Origin: Octopus vulgaris
Lineage: Eukaryota
DNA: 64,000 nt
Assembly: GCA_951406725.2 (NCBI GenBank)
Contig: OX597815.1
Span: forward strand, 13,144,001-13,208,000
Reading direction: 5' to 3'
Numbering within the stretch: position 1 is the first letter of the stretch; each line of letters starts with the position of its first letter. Below are positions 29,509-41,817 of this stretch, piece by piece. The translations under genes and the position numbers were made by a program. A model generated the notes under the pieces. That model saw only the letters and a program-made list of their open reading frames with translations. It ran no database searches and had not been told where the DNA came from.

Positions 29509-29771
29509 ATATTATATTAAATTAGAGATAAAACCACTATTAGGCAAATCAAACAATGAAAAACTTAAGCCAATACATAAAATTAATTAATTTATATTAT
29601 TTTTAAAATATATCAAAAGTATTAAAAGTTTAATCAAAGATAATGATTAAACTTTTAATACTTTTGATATATATTTAAAATAATATAAATTAATTAATTT
29701 TATGTATTGGCTTACGTTTTTCATTGTTTGATTTGCCTAATAGTGGTTTTATCTCTAATTTAATATAATAT
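29509..29771. repeat. Near-perfect ~127-bp-arm palindrome at the 5'-truncated end of the PLE
   Basis: Arms at 29509-29636 and 29644-29771 with a 7-nt loop and few mismatches. The extension 29776-29850 resembles the reverse complement of 20985-21050. Confidence 0.93.
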
Positions 29772-29847
29772 AATATTTTACTATAAAATTGGATTCAATC
29801 CTTAATCTAATTTTTCCCTGTAAGTTTGGATTTATCCCCTAATATTT

Positions 29848-29885
<38 letters not shown>

Positions 29886-30753
29886 ATGCAGGATATGATG
29901 CATTTAATTGAATATTATGCGACCTAATATGGACAGCGCAATCATACACTTCGTCTATCGAACTGATGGACAGTTAACAAAGGTTACCTGTCCATCAGTT
30001 CGATTCACAGTTAACACAGAATACATTGACAGTTGCAAAGCGATTTACTACTAATGATATTCCCCTCAATTCAAAGAAGGGAATGTAAGGTCGAACACAC
30101 ATTTTGTCTCTGTTACAGCATCGATGTCCTCTAACTGGTTTCAGAATATTTACATTTCAGGCTATGCAAAGATCGGCCTTTAATTTTTGTTCATATTCAC
30201 TTTATATGTCGAACGAGATGTTGTATGTAAAACTTTGTCCATACATTTTATTTAGAGAGCATTTATCTTCTACGTCTTTATTGTCGAGATCTGAACTAGA
30301 TTAGAGTAGTTCAAATCAATATGAACTGAAACAACCCCACCTATAAGTGTCGGCTCTCAAATGCCATGAACTCTGTCAGTCATCTACAGACTAATTAATA
30401 TTAGAAAAGAAAATGATATGACAAAGAATACCGCTGTGTGTAATTATATTTGAAATAACCTCAGTAAATAGAGAAGTGCAATCGTCTGTATCAGACAGAA
30501 TGTGTCTATACCGAGTTATTGTTAACTACTATATCGGGATATAAAGAATTATGGGACAGGAATTCTCAAATTAGCTCATATTTTGTACAGGGAGATATTA
30601 ACATAGAACCCAATGTTGTACTCCAGCCACATTTACAAACACGCAGATTAGTACGTTTATTGCACATAAATGCTTGTGTGTATATATGTGTATATTTGAT
30701 CGTGTGTGTGTGTGCATTTATGTATGTACGTATGTATGTGTATATGTGTCATA

Positions 30754-31603
30754 TACGTGGTCTTTTCAATAAGTAACCTGACTGTTTCAATACTAACGAG
30801 GCTAAAGCACCCAGAGTGAAGCGGCTTGGCACATTTTGATCTGGATGTCAAGTTTTGATGTAAAGTTTTAACATTCTAGCTCATATCCGCTGTGTAACGT
30901 GTGGCGGAGAAAGTTGAGCAGAGCATCTGCATAAAAATTTTGCCAAAAGCTTGGTGATACCTGCTCAGAGCCCTACGCAAAGTTTTCAAAAAGTTGTCAG
31001 CGATCTCAATACAATTAACGTAATCTTTTTCAACTAAAACCCGAGTATCCTTTTAGTCAACTGAAAGCAGTTTGGGCACAGACTTAGCAGACACGCGTCT
31101 CATACCTAAGTCTTCACTGATAATGGAGTTAACTGAACCGTAACTAAGTTACACATCCTCTTATAACTCACAAATGGAGATTCAATGATTTTGCTTCGCA
31201 GCTGCACGTATATCTGAGATGTTTTACTGAGTATTATTAGTTGCGGTTCCGCAGAAGGATCGTCAATATCGACAAATTTTCGGCCATTTTGGAAATGTCT
31301 GAACCAGTCGTACACTTGTCTACGTTTTATACACTCCTCGCCATACACCTTCTGCAACTTTGCGCAGGCCTTTTCTCTGGAATCGCCGTGACATCTTTTT
31401 CACTCATGGTCAATGCAACTATCACACGTTACACACGTTACTTCCAAGCACTGCTGTAAACAGGGTATGTAAGCCAGGACGTTGAATCTTAGTGTGCCTG
31501 CACAGCAGAGGTCAAGGTTAATCTATGCCAAGCAGCTTGATTCTGCTGGCTTCAGCTTCGTTACTATAGCAGCAGTCCAGAGACTTACTGATCAGATTTT
31601 GTA
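30754..31603. mobile_element. Non-autonomous mariner-like element with degenerate long TIRs
   Basis: TA-flanked ~80-bp imperfect TIRs. The plus strand gives KVEQSICIK/FCQKLG; the minus strand gives QKVYGEECIKRRQVYDWFRHFQNGR. Confidence 0.8.
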
Positions 31604-31848
31604 CGTGTTGTCTTTATTGTAATGAGGTATTAATGCTGTTACAGTTTTGCCCATCGTATTCTTAATCACCATTTCCCCCTGATACATTTGATGTCAATTA
31701 TTATTTACAGTTCAACCATAGCTTAATTAGTTTGATTGATTTAAGGATTAATCCCATTCCATTAACTAACCTACTAAATTTTATCACTTAATCAGGAAGA
31801 ATATTCATTATCGTATAGGCCCCACCAAGAGAAACAACTTATTGAATA

Positions 31849-32151
31849 CTAGCAGTATCGCTCGGCGTTGCTCGGGTTTGTAAGGGAAATAACTATATAA
31901 GCATTTTTAGAGAGTTACTTCCCTTATATAATAGCAAAAATAATGCATTAAGAATGGGACAAAATTATGGTAATTTTTTTTTAAATCGCAGACTCATCGT
32001 AGACGCGCGCTAATACCCAGAAGGGCTCGATATGAATCACGACTATAAGATACCCGCTTTTGGTTAAACTGCACCGCAAAATGTGGGAGTAGTTCGGAAT
32101 CTAAATCGTAGGAGACAGACACTCACACAACTTCACTTTTATATATAAAGA
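31849..32151 (-). mobile_element. Non-autonomous Helitron
   Basis: The minus strand begins TCTTTATATATAAAAG and ends with an imperfect GC hairpin (CCCGAGCAACGCCGAGCG) and CTAG. It sits between A and T with no TSD. Confidence 0.85.
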
Positions 32152-32887
32152 TATTAGGACATACATACATTGAAAGTGGTGACAGAGAGCATTAAAATAA
32201 AAAAAAAGAGCGTTAAATAAACAGAAGAACATAGTATAAGTGTGGAACAGGGTCATTTAAGAGAATATCGTCTTATAAGAATAACGTAGAGACAGATTTT
32301 GGAAAAGAATGTTGAAGAAGCTACTTGAAAATAGAGCAAATGATGGAAGGGAAGCACGGACTGATAAGCAAAAATTGAAGGGTAAAAAAGGGTGCCTACT
32401 CATGCAATATTTCGTCTAAATTTTGGTTCAACCTATTATAAATTGGAAGAAAATCACAAACATAAGAATGAGTCATGAATATTATACAAAGTCGAATACA
32501 GAATAAAAATTAGGAGCGTAGGGTGAAAAATGGGGAATACGAAAAAACATATGCGAATGAAATGGTAAAATTAGAGATGTCTTGATTCTGAAATAATTTA
32601 CTGTAGTAAAATCAATTTACTACCGATAAATTACCAATATTTGACAGAAGTAATATGAAGTCACTGACTGACTAAATACATAAACTATAGCCATTTAAAA
32701 TGAATTCATTTATTACCTAGAAATTCTTTGGCAAGATCAAATATATTTTATCATTACCGGTTTGATTTTTAAGAAAGAATTGCAGTAAAAATGTAAGCTT
32801 TGTAATAAGAAAATAAACTTATTGTAATGTTTTAAAAGACACACTAAATATTCTATTGCTATAAGATTTTATTATTAAATATTTGTA

Positions 32888-33620
32888 AAGCGGCGAGCTG
32901 GTAGAATCGGTAGAACACCGGGCGAAATGCGTAGCCGAATTTTGTCTGCCGTTACGTTCTGAGTTCAAATTCCGTCGAGGTCGACTTTGCCTTTCATCTT
33001 TTCGGGGTCGATAAATTACGTGCCAGTTACGCACCGGGGTCGATGTAATCGGCTTAATCCGTTTGTCTGTCCTTGTTTGGCCTTCCAGTGCTTAGCCCCT
33101 TGTGGGTAGTAAAGAAATAGGTATTTCGTCTGTCCTTACATACTGAGTTCAAATTTTACCAATGTTGTCGTTGATTGTTCATCTGTTTTGGTGTCGGTAA
33201 AGTAAGTACCAGTGAAACTAGGTAGTCGTTGTAATCGACGTAACCCCCCTCCCCTGAAATTGCTGGCCCTCTGCCAAAATTTGAAATCAGTATTAAATAT
33301 CTATAAACCGCCGAGCTGGAAGAAAAGTTAGAACACTTAGCGACATTTCATCGCTGAGTTCACATTCCACCGATGTGGAATTTGTATTTAATCATCTTGA
33401 AATCGGTAAAATAAGTTCCAGTCAAGTACTCAATCGACCTACCACTTCCCCTGAAATTGTTGGTCTTGTGCTAAAATTTGAAACCATTATAGAATATCTG
33501 TGTAAGACGTCGAAATGGCAGAGTCGTTTGAACGACAGATAAAATTCTGAACAGCAATTCGCCTATCTTTACGTTCTAATTTTAAATACCACAAAAGTCG
33601 GCTTTGCTTTTAATAGTTTC
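32888..33620 (+). mobile_element. SINE family B copy followed by tandem, more diverged units
   Basis: Monomer at 32888-33120, then a head-less unit starting GTATTTCGTC, then degraded headed units at about 33308 and 33508. Confidence 0.85.
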
Positions 33621-33633
33621 GAAAATAACATAT

Positions 33634-34029
33634 AGTGGCTGTGTGGTAAGTAGTTTGCTTGCCAACCTGTGGGTTCAGTGCCACTGTGTGGCACCTTGGG
33701 TAAGTATCTTCTACTATAGCCTCAGGCTATTCAAAGACTTTTGAGTGGATTTGGTAGATGAAAACTGAAAGAAGCCTTTCGTATATATAAATACATATCT
33801 ATTGTTTGTTTGTGTGTATGTGTGTATTTGTTCCCCGAACATCTCTTGACAACCGATACTGGTGTGTTTACGTCCCCGTAACTTAATGGTTTAGCAAGAG
33901 ACCGATAGAATAAGTACTAGGCTTACAAAGGATAAGTCCGCGGTTCGATTTGCTGGACTAAAGATGATGCTCCAGCATGGCACAGTCAAATGACTGAAAC
34001 AAATAAAAGAATGAAAGAATAAAAAAAGA
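33634..34029 (+). mobile_element. SINE family A, diverged copy
   Basis: Collinear with the copies at 22034 and 38964. Confidence 0.9.
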
Positions 34030-34849
34030 AGTTCTTCAAAACTTTGGAATATAAACGATATACATACCGGTCAATTTGCGCAGTTTCATACTTGGAACAT
34101 TTAAAAGTATTACGCCAATTTTTTTTGTTTTGTTTACTCCTATCTTTATCGGTACTATTTTAATATTTTATTAAATCAACAACATTGCCTTTAGCCTAAT
34201 GATATCCCCCAATGTTTAAACATGACACTAATGGCTTTAACTCCGAAAATATTTTCCTTATGTATTTCCCTGCTGTATATTCTTCATATTTTATCTAGTA
34301 ACCGTTGACTACGCTCAGCAACTCTTTCACTACCTCCTAATATTGTCATACGTAGATAAGTTCACCTAAATTGTAATTTAGAAAACAGAATTCCCCAAGT
34401 GAAAAGAATTAATTTTCTACAACACACAATTTGCAAGTTACAAAATTTACACCTCTACTTTCTTTTGTCCCAGGCAATATCTTTAATACTACGTTACACT
34501 CACCAAAATACCTTTGTATAATTTTCATCGCAATAAAGTTTCACATATGACATATTTTACATTCTTCTCATAAGAAATATGAATTGAAATTCCAAAGCTG
34601 ATTACGTTTCTTTATGTTAACATCATGTTTCACTACATCTCAAGCAGTTTCATTGGGTTTATATTTTTTAAAATTTGTTTTATTGTTTACACATTTACAC
34701 ACGTGTAAACAATAAAGCATGAATTTAGTGTTATTCCATCTCCTCTGTGACATAATGGCGTTATTTCATTTCCTACCGCTGTCGCTGCTAACATCAGGAG
34801 GTATATACGGGTGTACCTGTTCATATCGCTTGGTTTTAGTTGTTTATCA

Positions 34850-35400
34850 ATATATTTTGGCGGGGAGCTAGTTGAATTTATACTGCAGTTACGCTACTCG
34901 TTCCTCAAGTAAGTGTTTATCTGTTGACGCATGTCAAGTACATTTGCATAACGTATGTAATTTATCGAATGGTTGGGTCTTTTGACCATTTTTATTGACC
35001 TTCTTTGTTTTTATATTGTAGGTTGGTAAAGTGTTCCTGTTCCTTTCTTTTCCTTATATTTCCTCTTGTGTTTTGCAAATCTTCCATATAGGCTTCCGGA
35101 TGTCTCTCCTTTGTAGCTTTCGCAGCCACCCGGCATGGTTTCTCTATGTATCGAATGTTACACAGCGTGTCAAAGTTTGTAGCAGTTTCTATTAAAATTA
35201 CTTTTGAGCGTATGTTCCAGTTGTTCTATGTGCAAGGATTTTAATTGTTATGAGTTACTGAGGAGATACTTGTTCTACTACGGAGAAATCATTGGGTATG
35301 ATATCTGGGGATTTCCTTTTGATATATCAGCAGTTTCTTTATAGTAAATTTGGGAATAAAGAATGAATCAAAATATAAACAAACCTTGGCAACTATCTTT
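34850..35400 (-). mobile_element. Highly degenerate PLE endonuclease remnant
   Basis: 35050-35137 translates to PGGCESYKGETSGSLYGRFAKHKR, similar to C..YIGET.R.L..R..EH. Outer boundaries are uncertain. Confidence 0.45.
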
Positions 35401-35446
35401 ACTGACTGTTATTAATCTTTTCAGTTTCGATATAAAATAATTTTAA

Positions 35447-35490
<44 letters not shown>

Positions 35491-35494
<4 letters not shown>

Positions 35495-36076
35495 AAAACA
35501 AGTCAGAATAGAAAATGCTAAAATAATTTTATAAAGAACATTTCAGTACCGGTTTCAGTCTGAGGCTTTTTCAACTGTAATAATTAAATAATTAAATTTA
35601 GAAAAATTAAAAGGAACTCCTTCTCCTACCTTTTCCTTCCTAACCTTATCACTAATGCTTTTCATTATAACACCTACGCAAATTCTATGAACAAAACATT
35701 TAATAGATATATTTTCATGAATTGAACAGCAACTGCTAACCTCCACTGACCATTCAAAATACTACAATCATCGCACTCCCAAATTCTTCGTCTTCTTCCT
35801 CACCTTCTCCTCCTCTTTCTTCTTCTTCCGTACCAAGAATTCACAATGACCTCGAACCCACAAGAGTAAACAAGAGAGACAGAGACAGACAGAAACAAGG
35901 AAAAAACCACTTGTATTTGAACACTATACAAATATTTTTTTTAAAAACTTACCTTTTAATTTTTCTAAATTTAAGTATTCAATTGTTACAGTTAAAAATG
36001 TCTCAATGACTGAAACCGGTACTGAAATGTTCTTTATAAAATTATTTTAGCATTTTATATCTTGACTTGTTCTTTC
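35491..36076. mobile_element. TA-flanked element with ~125-bp inverted arms, each carrying a hammerhead-like motif
   Basis: Arms at 35491-35614 and 35952-36076; motifs at 35544-35577 (-) and 35989-36024 (+). Confidence 0.85.
35544..35577 (-). ncRNA. Minimal hammerhead motif with U3-A8 core
   Basis: CAG-TTGAAAA-AGcC-tca-GACT-GAA-ACCGGT-A-CTG; palindromic stem III, GUA triplet. Confidence 0.6.
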
Positions 36077-36106
36077 ATATATATCAACTCGTGTGTTTCA
36101 TTTCAT

Positions 36107-36155
<49 letters not shown>

Positions 36156-36200
36156 TATACACATATACAAATACATACACATATACACATATCTATATAT

Positions 36201-36253
<53 letters not shown>

Positions 36254-36271
36254 AACATATATATATATAAA

Positions 36272-36853
36272 ACATCTCCCCACACAATACAAGGTATCAT
36301 AAAAGTTGAAGCACCTCAAAGGGCAATCACAAAAAAGATAGATGGCATGACAGGCCTCGACTATTGGGGTCGACTAGAAAAGCTAAAACTCTATTCTCTC
36401 CAACGTCGTCGTGAGCGCTACATCATCTGCATGATGTGGAAAATATTCCATCAGCATTGCCCAAATGATGTTGGCATCACCTTTAAGGTACATCCAAGGC
36501 TTGGGCCCCGTGCCATCCGCCCAAAACAAAAATCGCACTATCATCTCATAACAACAATACGGCACAATTATTTCACCTCAATTGGCCCCGCTCTCTTTAG
36601 CATTACACCAAAACACATTAAAACAGAAACTGACCCTATAGGGTTCAAGAAGTCTTTGGACAGATTCCTTCAAGAAATCCCGGATAAACCCCCTACACCC
36701 GGATATGTCTCTGTAAACAATAACTCTCTACTTGAGTGGGCCATAGTGCCCAAATTCTGACTTGAAAGACTTCACCAGGTGGTGCTATTAAGTTAGACAT
36801 GGCCTGGGCCAATAATGGCCGAAACCTATCAAAGTATCAAAGTATCAAAGTAT
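36272..36853 (+). mobile_element. 5'-truncated CR1-group LINE 3' end
   Basis: Open frame [32 protein letters not shown]...GPALF...[16 protein letters not shown]; 3' UTR stem-loop and (TATCAAAG)n tail. Confidence 0.9.
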
Positions 36854-37033
36854 TTATATATATATATATATATATATATGTGTATATGTGTATGTATGTA
36901 TATATGCATGTATTTGTATATGTGTATATGTGTGCATGTCTGTCTGTATGCATATATATATATATACACACATTCATATATATATATATATACATACATT
37001 TATAAACTTAGATATACATATATATAGACATAG

Positions 37034-37087
<54 letters not shown>

Positions 37088-37158
37088 GTCTATATATATG
37101 TATATCTAAGTTTATTATAAATGTATGTATATATATATATAAATATGGACGTATATTA

Positions 37159-37232
37159 AGGTGGTGCTATTAAGTTAGACATGGCCTGGACCAATCTTTG
37201 GTCGAAATATATCTAAGTTTATCTAAGTTTAT
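37159..37232 (+). mobile_element. Short 3' UTR-only copy of the same CR1-group family
   Basis: AGGTGGTGCTATTAAGTTAGACATGGCCTGG is shared with 36777-36807; (TATCTAAGTT)n tail. Confidence 0.85.
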
Positions 37233-37749
37233 ATGTATATATATACATATACAAAGAGAGAGAGAGGGGGGAGAGAGAAAGAGAGAAAAGTACCCACGCA
37301 GACATATACATATATGTGTAGGGTAACAGTGGGTTTGTATTCAGCCTAATTCTAAACTTACCACTCCCGTATAGAAATAATCTTCAAAACTTCAGTGGTT
37401 GGAAGCTAAAGGTTTGAAGCTATTTCCTTTGTTGCGGGGTGGTATGCGGTTGTGAGTATACATTGTAAACATGTACAGAGGGAAAACTTTCCATGACTAA
37501 ACTCGTTACTGTCTTCGCTACTTCAGACTTTCGGAATCCACTTAAGAAAGTACTTTAGAGTACTATAATGGCACGTCTAAGTTTTGGTTGTTTTCATGTC
37601 TTGGAATACAACGCAACATATTTAAAATTACGCTTCAAATATTAATAGTATTCTAAGTGCATAACGATTCTCGAATACTTAGATTACGGATTATTCTCCT
37701 CTTTAAAAGAAGCGGTTTCATTTTGGATACAGTTTTAGGGATTCCTCTC

Positions 37750-38102
<353 letters not shown>

Positions 38103-38639
38103 TATTGTATATGTTATTATGCTTAATGAGAGCTCGTCAGAAATATGAAGCATAGAGTGCAATCATTGCGTGCTAGAAAGATTACGACTATGTTGTTCGT
38201 AAGTTAGGATTATCAAGTAGTGCAACCATATTGATCTCGTATATATTTATGTAGCGTATATTGCGTGGAAAATTCATACGAGACTGAGAGATCACAAAGA
38301 TACTGCAAATGGATTTATTCGTGAAGCCATAAATGTTTAGTTTCCTGAAGATTTTGAGATATATCCAGAGATTGTGGAGGTCGCTTGTGGATTTAACTTC
38401 AGCGAATAAATAAAAGTTCTGAATGATATAGTCATAAGATTGTGTGGGAAAAATAGAACACACACACACATTTATGGTGTGTAGCTACTACTAAGTACTG
38501 CCATCATTCACAAGCCATTAGATATGGCATTGGAAGTATGTAACATTCTTTCATACAATGTTTTAAGTGTGAACATACTTGGAGTAGACATAAGTAACCC
38601 CTGCGTCCAAGGACTCTTGATCAGAAGGTCGAGAATGTG

Positions 38640-38778
38640 AAAACTGGTGGATGAGCGTGCAACACCAGTGTTCAGCTAAATACACTCGAGTAACGTGAAA
38701 GTGCCTTGCAAAACCATGCAACCCACCTGCACCAGGAATCGTGCAAGCGTGTAATAGTGAACACCACCCACTAACCAA
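38640..38778 (-). mobile_element. Old degraded SINE related to 6978-7224
   Basis: Minus strand TGGTTAG..CGATTCCTG..TTTCACGTTACTCGAGTGTATTTAGCTG resembles TTTCACGTTGCTCCAGTCCACTCAGCTG. Confidence 0.5.
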
Positions 38779-38963
38779 CGGAAAATATCACTGAATTATT
38801 AATAAAACTATGCTGATGCCATTATCAATACAAAAATAACAACCAAATGAAAAAGTAAAGTCGTGCATTAAAATTTCATGGAGTTAAAATATTTCTTATG
38901 AGCCCAAATATTTTGTGATATGAAATCATACAAAATAGAACTTTAATGAATAGACATGATTCA

Positions 38964-39128
38964 GGCGCAGGAGTGGCTGTGTGGTAAGTAGCTTGCTAGC
39001 CAAACTCATGGTTCCGGGTTCAGTCCCACTGCGTGGCACCTTGGGCAAGTGTCTTCTACTATAGCCTCGGGCCGACCAATGCCTTGTGAGTGGATTTGGT
39101 AGACGGAAACTGAAAGAAGCCTGTCATA

Positions 39129-39167
<39 letters not shown>

Positions 39168-39383
39168 ATGTTTGAGTGTCTGTGTTTGTCCCCCTAGCAT
39201 TGGTTGACAACCGATGCTGGCGTGTTTACGTCCCCGTCACCTAGCGGTTCGGCAAAAAGAGACCGATAGAATAAGTACTGGGCTTACAAAAGAATAAGTC
39301 CCGGGGTCGATTTGCTCGACTAAAGGCGGTGCTCCAGCATGGCCGCAGTCAAATGACTGAAACAAGTAAAATAAAAAAAAAAA
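38964..39383 (+). mobile_element. Full-length SINE family A
   Basis: tRNA head, GGCACCTTGGGCAAGT, internal microsatellite, A-rich tail. Confidence 0.94.
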
Positions 39384-40409
39384 ATTCCACCTAGGCATGT
39401 TTATGGTCATGTGAAAAAGTGTGATTGTATTTCATAGTAAATTATGAATCTCTTAGCAAAGGTATATTATATATCGAAGTATCCATAAGTATGATAATGA
39501 AAAAATTGTATGGACTATATCATAAATTATAGCCACCATAGCATATTTCTTATTTTCATATATGACGAGCTTTCTGTTTCCATCAATGTGTTCACTAGTT
39601 TCTGATGACGCAGTAACAGAGAAAACGTCTCTTCTAAATATTTCATATATCTCATTAAAGGCTATCCCAATATAGCCATAAACATTCTCGTCGATTCACT
39701 AATATTACTTTCGTTTTGGATCAACGACTGTATAGCAAATTATCTTCAGAAACGTCCTGGTATACAATTCTTGCTTCCAAATAATATCAGGTAATTAATG
39801 AACATGGCCAAATTCCAAATAAAGGTTACATTTCCAAATATATTAGTGCCCTATTGCAATTTCGTGGCAAGGTTCCCATGTTTTTAAAATCTTTATCGCT
39901 AAAGAGAGCACATGAGTAAACTTAGTAAAGTTCGCTACGATAAATCAGAAGCAAACCAGAGTGTGGGTTTCTAGAGTGTTACACATTTTATTAATGGCAA
40001 AGAATGAGGACGTCCGTCTTTAGGTTCTGGGAATGTCATGTAAAATTTTTAAACTCAGTATGCCAATGGACAAAATTCAATAATTTTATTACAATCCCTC
40101 TAATATTCAAAGTGAAGGATATTTAGTAGTCAATATCTGAGAATTTATGTTTATATTTATTCGATAACTGTAGCCTCGGTTAATAATTTCTAATTTAAGT
40201 TAGAAAGTCTTTCGTATATGCAGTTGATCGATTACAGCGATCCCAGTGCTTGAATAGTTCTTTCACCTATAGCCCCCCCCCCTTAAGAATGGAAGAAACG
40301 TGGGGAAAAATTTGTAATTTCTGATTTTTGTTATTATTTTCTCTTCAGATGCTTGATATCATAATATTGCAAGTATTACTTTATCATTTTGTACGGTTAC
40401 GTCATCTTT

Positions 40410-40707
40410 AAGGCCATGTAGGGGGACATGGAGTTAAGTACAGGGTGGTGTTCATGTAAAGAGTTCAGGCCACTTGAGGTCCAGGGAGGCTTTGAACAAA
40501 GCGGTCGTCGGCATCTTCACCATCTCGTCTGGAACAAGCTGCCAGACGAGATGGTGAAGATGCCGACGACCGCTTTGTTCAAAGCCTCCCTGGACCTCAA
40601 GTGGTCTGAACTCTTTACATGAACACCACCCTGTACTTAACTCCATGTCCCCCTACATGGCCTTGCTATTTGCTTTTGAGCCAAATTAACTAACTAACTA
40701 ACTAACT
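40410..40707 (+). mobile_element. CR1 LINE 3' end with inverted self-duplication (123-bp hairpin) and (TAAC)n tail
   Basis: Arms at 40410-40532 and 40542-40664 with one mismatch. The forward part encodes WNKLPDEMVKMPTT..., as in the 42940 copy. Confidence 0.95.
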
Positions 40708-40816
40708 AAAAATTGCTCAGAATAGTTGTTGTTTTTCAAGTTGAGAGTGTTTGAAACAGTCGGTTAGCAGGCAGTGGATTTCCAAGAAATTTGTCCACAA
40801 GTTTGACCCGATTTTA

Positions 40817-41817
40817 TAGGGTCATCCCATAAATAATGCAAATTTTAATACTTCTTTTATTTTTCAGTATTAAGATAAACAAAGTTCTTCTTTAATCTAA
40901 AATATACTCTCCTTCATTTTCTACAATGCTCTTCCATCTCTCTGGTAGACCTGCTAGACCCCTTTTTTAAAATTCACTTGTCCGTGACAGAATATACTCC
41001 TCCAGTACTGTTCTGAACTTGTCTGCAGAATTCATATTTTCGCCGTCTAACTGATTTGGAAGACTATATAGCAAATGATAATCAGACGGGGATATGGTGA
41101 ATGGGGGGGGGTCGGTTCCATTCAAACAGCTCCAGCTTTTGGAATGTCATCCCCTCTCTTTGTGCCCGAGTATTATCCTTATAGAAGAACACATTTCGTG
41201 TCTTGAAAGCATAGATGGCTATTTTCCTTCTAGCGCTAAACCTTTCATAACCCATCAAACAGGTAACAACACCTTACGTGAGTAAAGACCTTCTTTAGCC
41301 TGGGGTGTTTCCCCTTTCCCTACCCACTATCTTCGGCGTTTGACATTTTAATAGGGAACCCATTTCTCGTCACCAGTCAGTATTCGGTCCCAAAATGGTT
41401 CATTCGTGTGACGTGACAGCATAGAGGATCACACATTCACTGTCGGCCGTGTGATTATTCTCCGAAGGTTTGTGAGCAACACACTGACCCAATTTTCTGA
41501 CTTTTCCGATGGCATGCAGGTATCGTTGAATGGTTGAATGGCAAAATCCAAGCTCGTCTGCTAGTTCCTCAACAGTTACGATGGGATTTTGTTCCAGCAG
41601 TGTTTGCAGGACGGCCTCGTCAAGCTCTACAGACCTCCCAAGACGAGGACCGTCTCCTATGTTGCAGTCTCCAGCTCAAAATTTCTGGAGCCATCGTTGA
41701 AACTGACTTACGCTTATTGTCCGATTCTCATATACTGCATCAATAATCCTCACACTCTCCTTGGTGTTGGTAACTCATAAAGCAAAGATGCTCAATATGC
41801 TCCTTCGTAATTTCCAT
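40817..41817 (-). pseudogene. Degenerate mariner transposase with one TIR-like end
   Basis: Frameshifted MEITKEHI, VEELADELGFCHSTIQRYLHAIGK, RILTGDEKWV, SDYHL and LPERWKSIVENEGEYILD* (stop at 40892). TA plus GGGTCATCCCATAAATAATGC at 40817. Confidence 0.88.

Noticed and set aside
39602-39632. CTGATGA...GAAAACGTC
   Set aside because: No stem I or stem II pairing; consistent with chance.
40325-40375. Polypyrimidine-CAG splice-acceptor-like sites (also ~19045 and ~42237) as host exons
   Set aside because: No recognisable coding exon or strong donor follows. Small exons cannot be excluded without RNA-seq.
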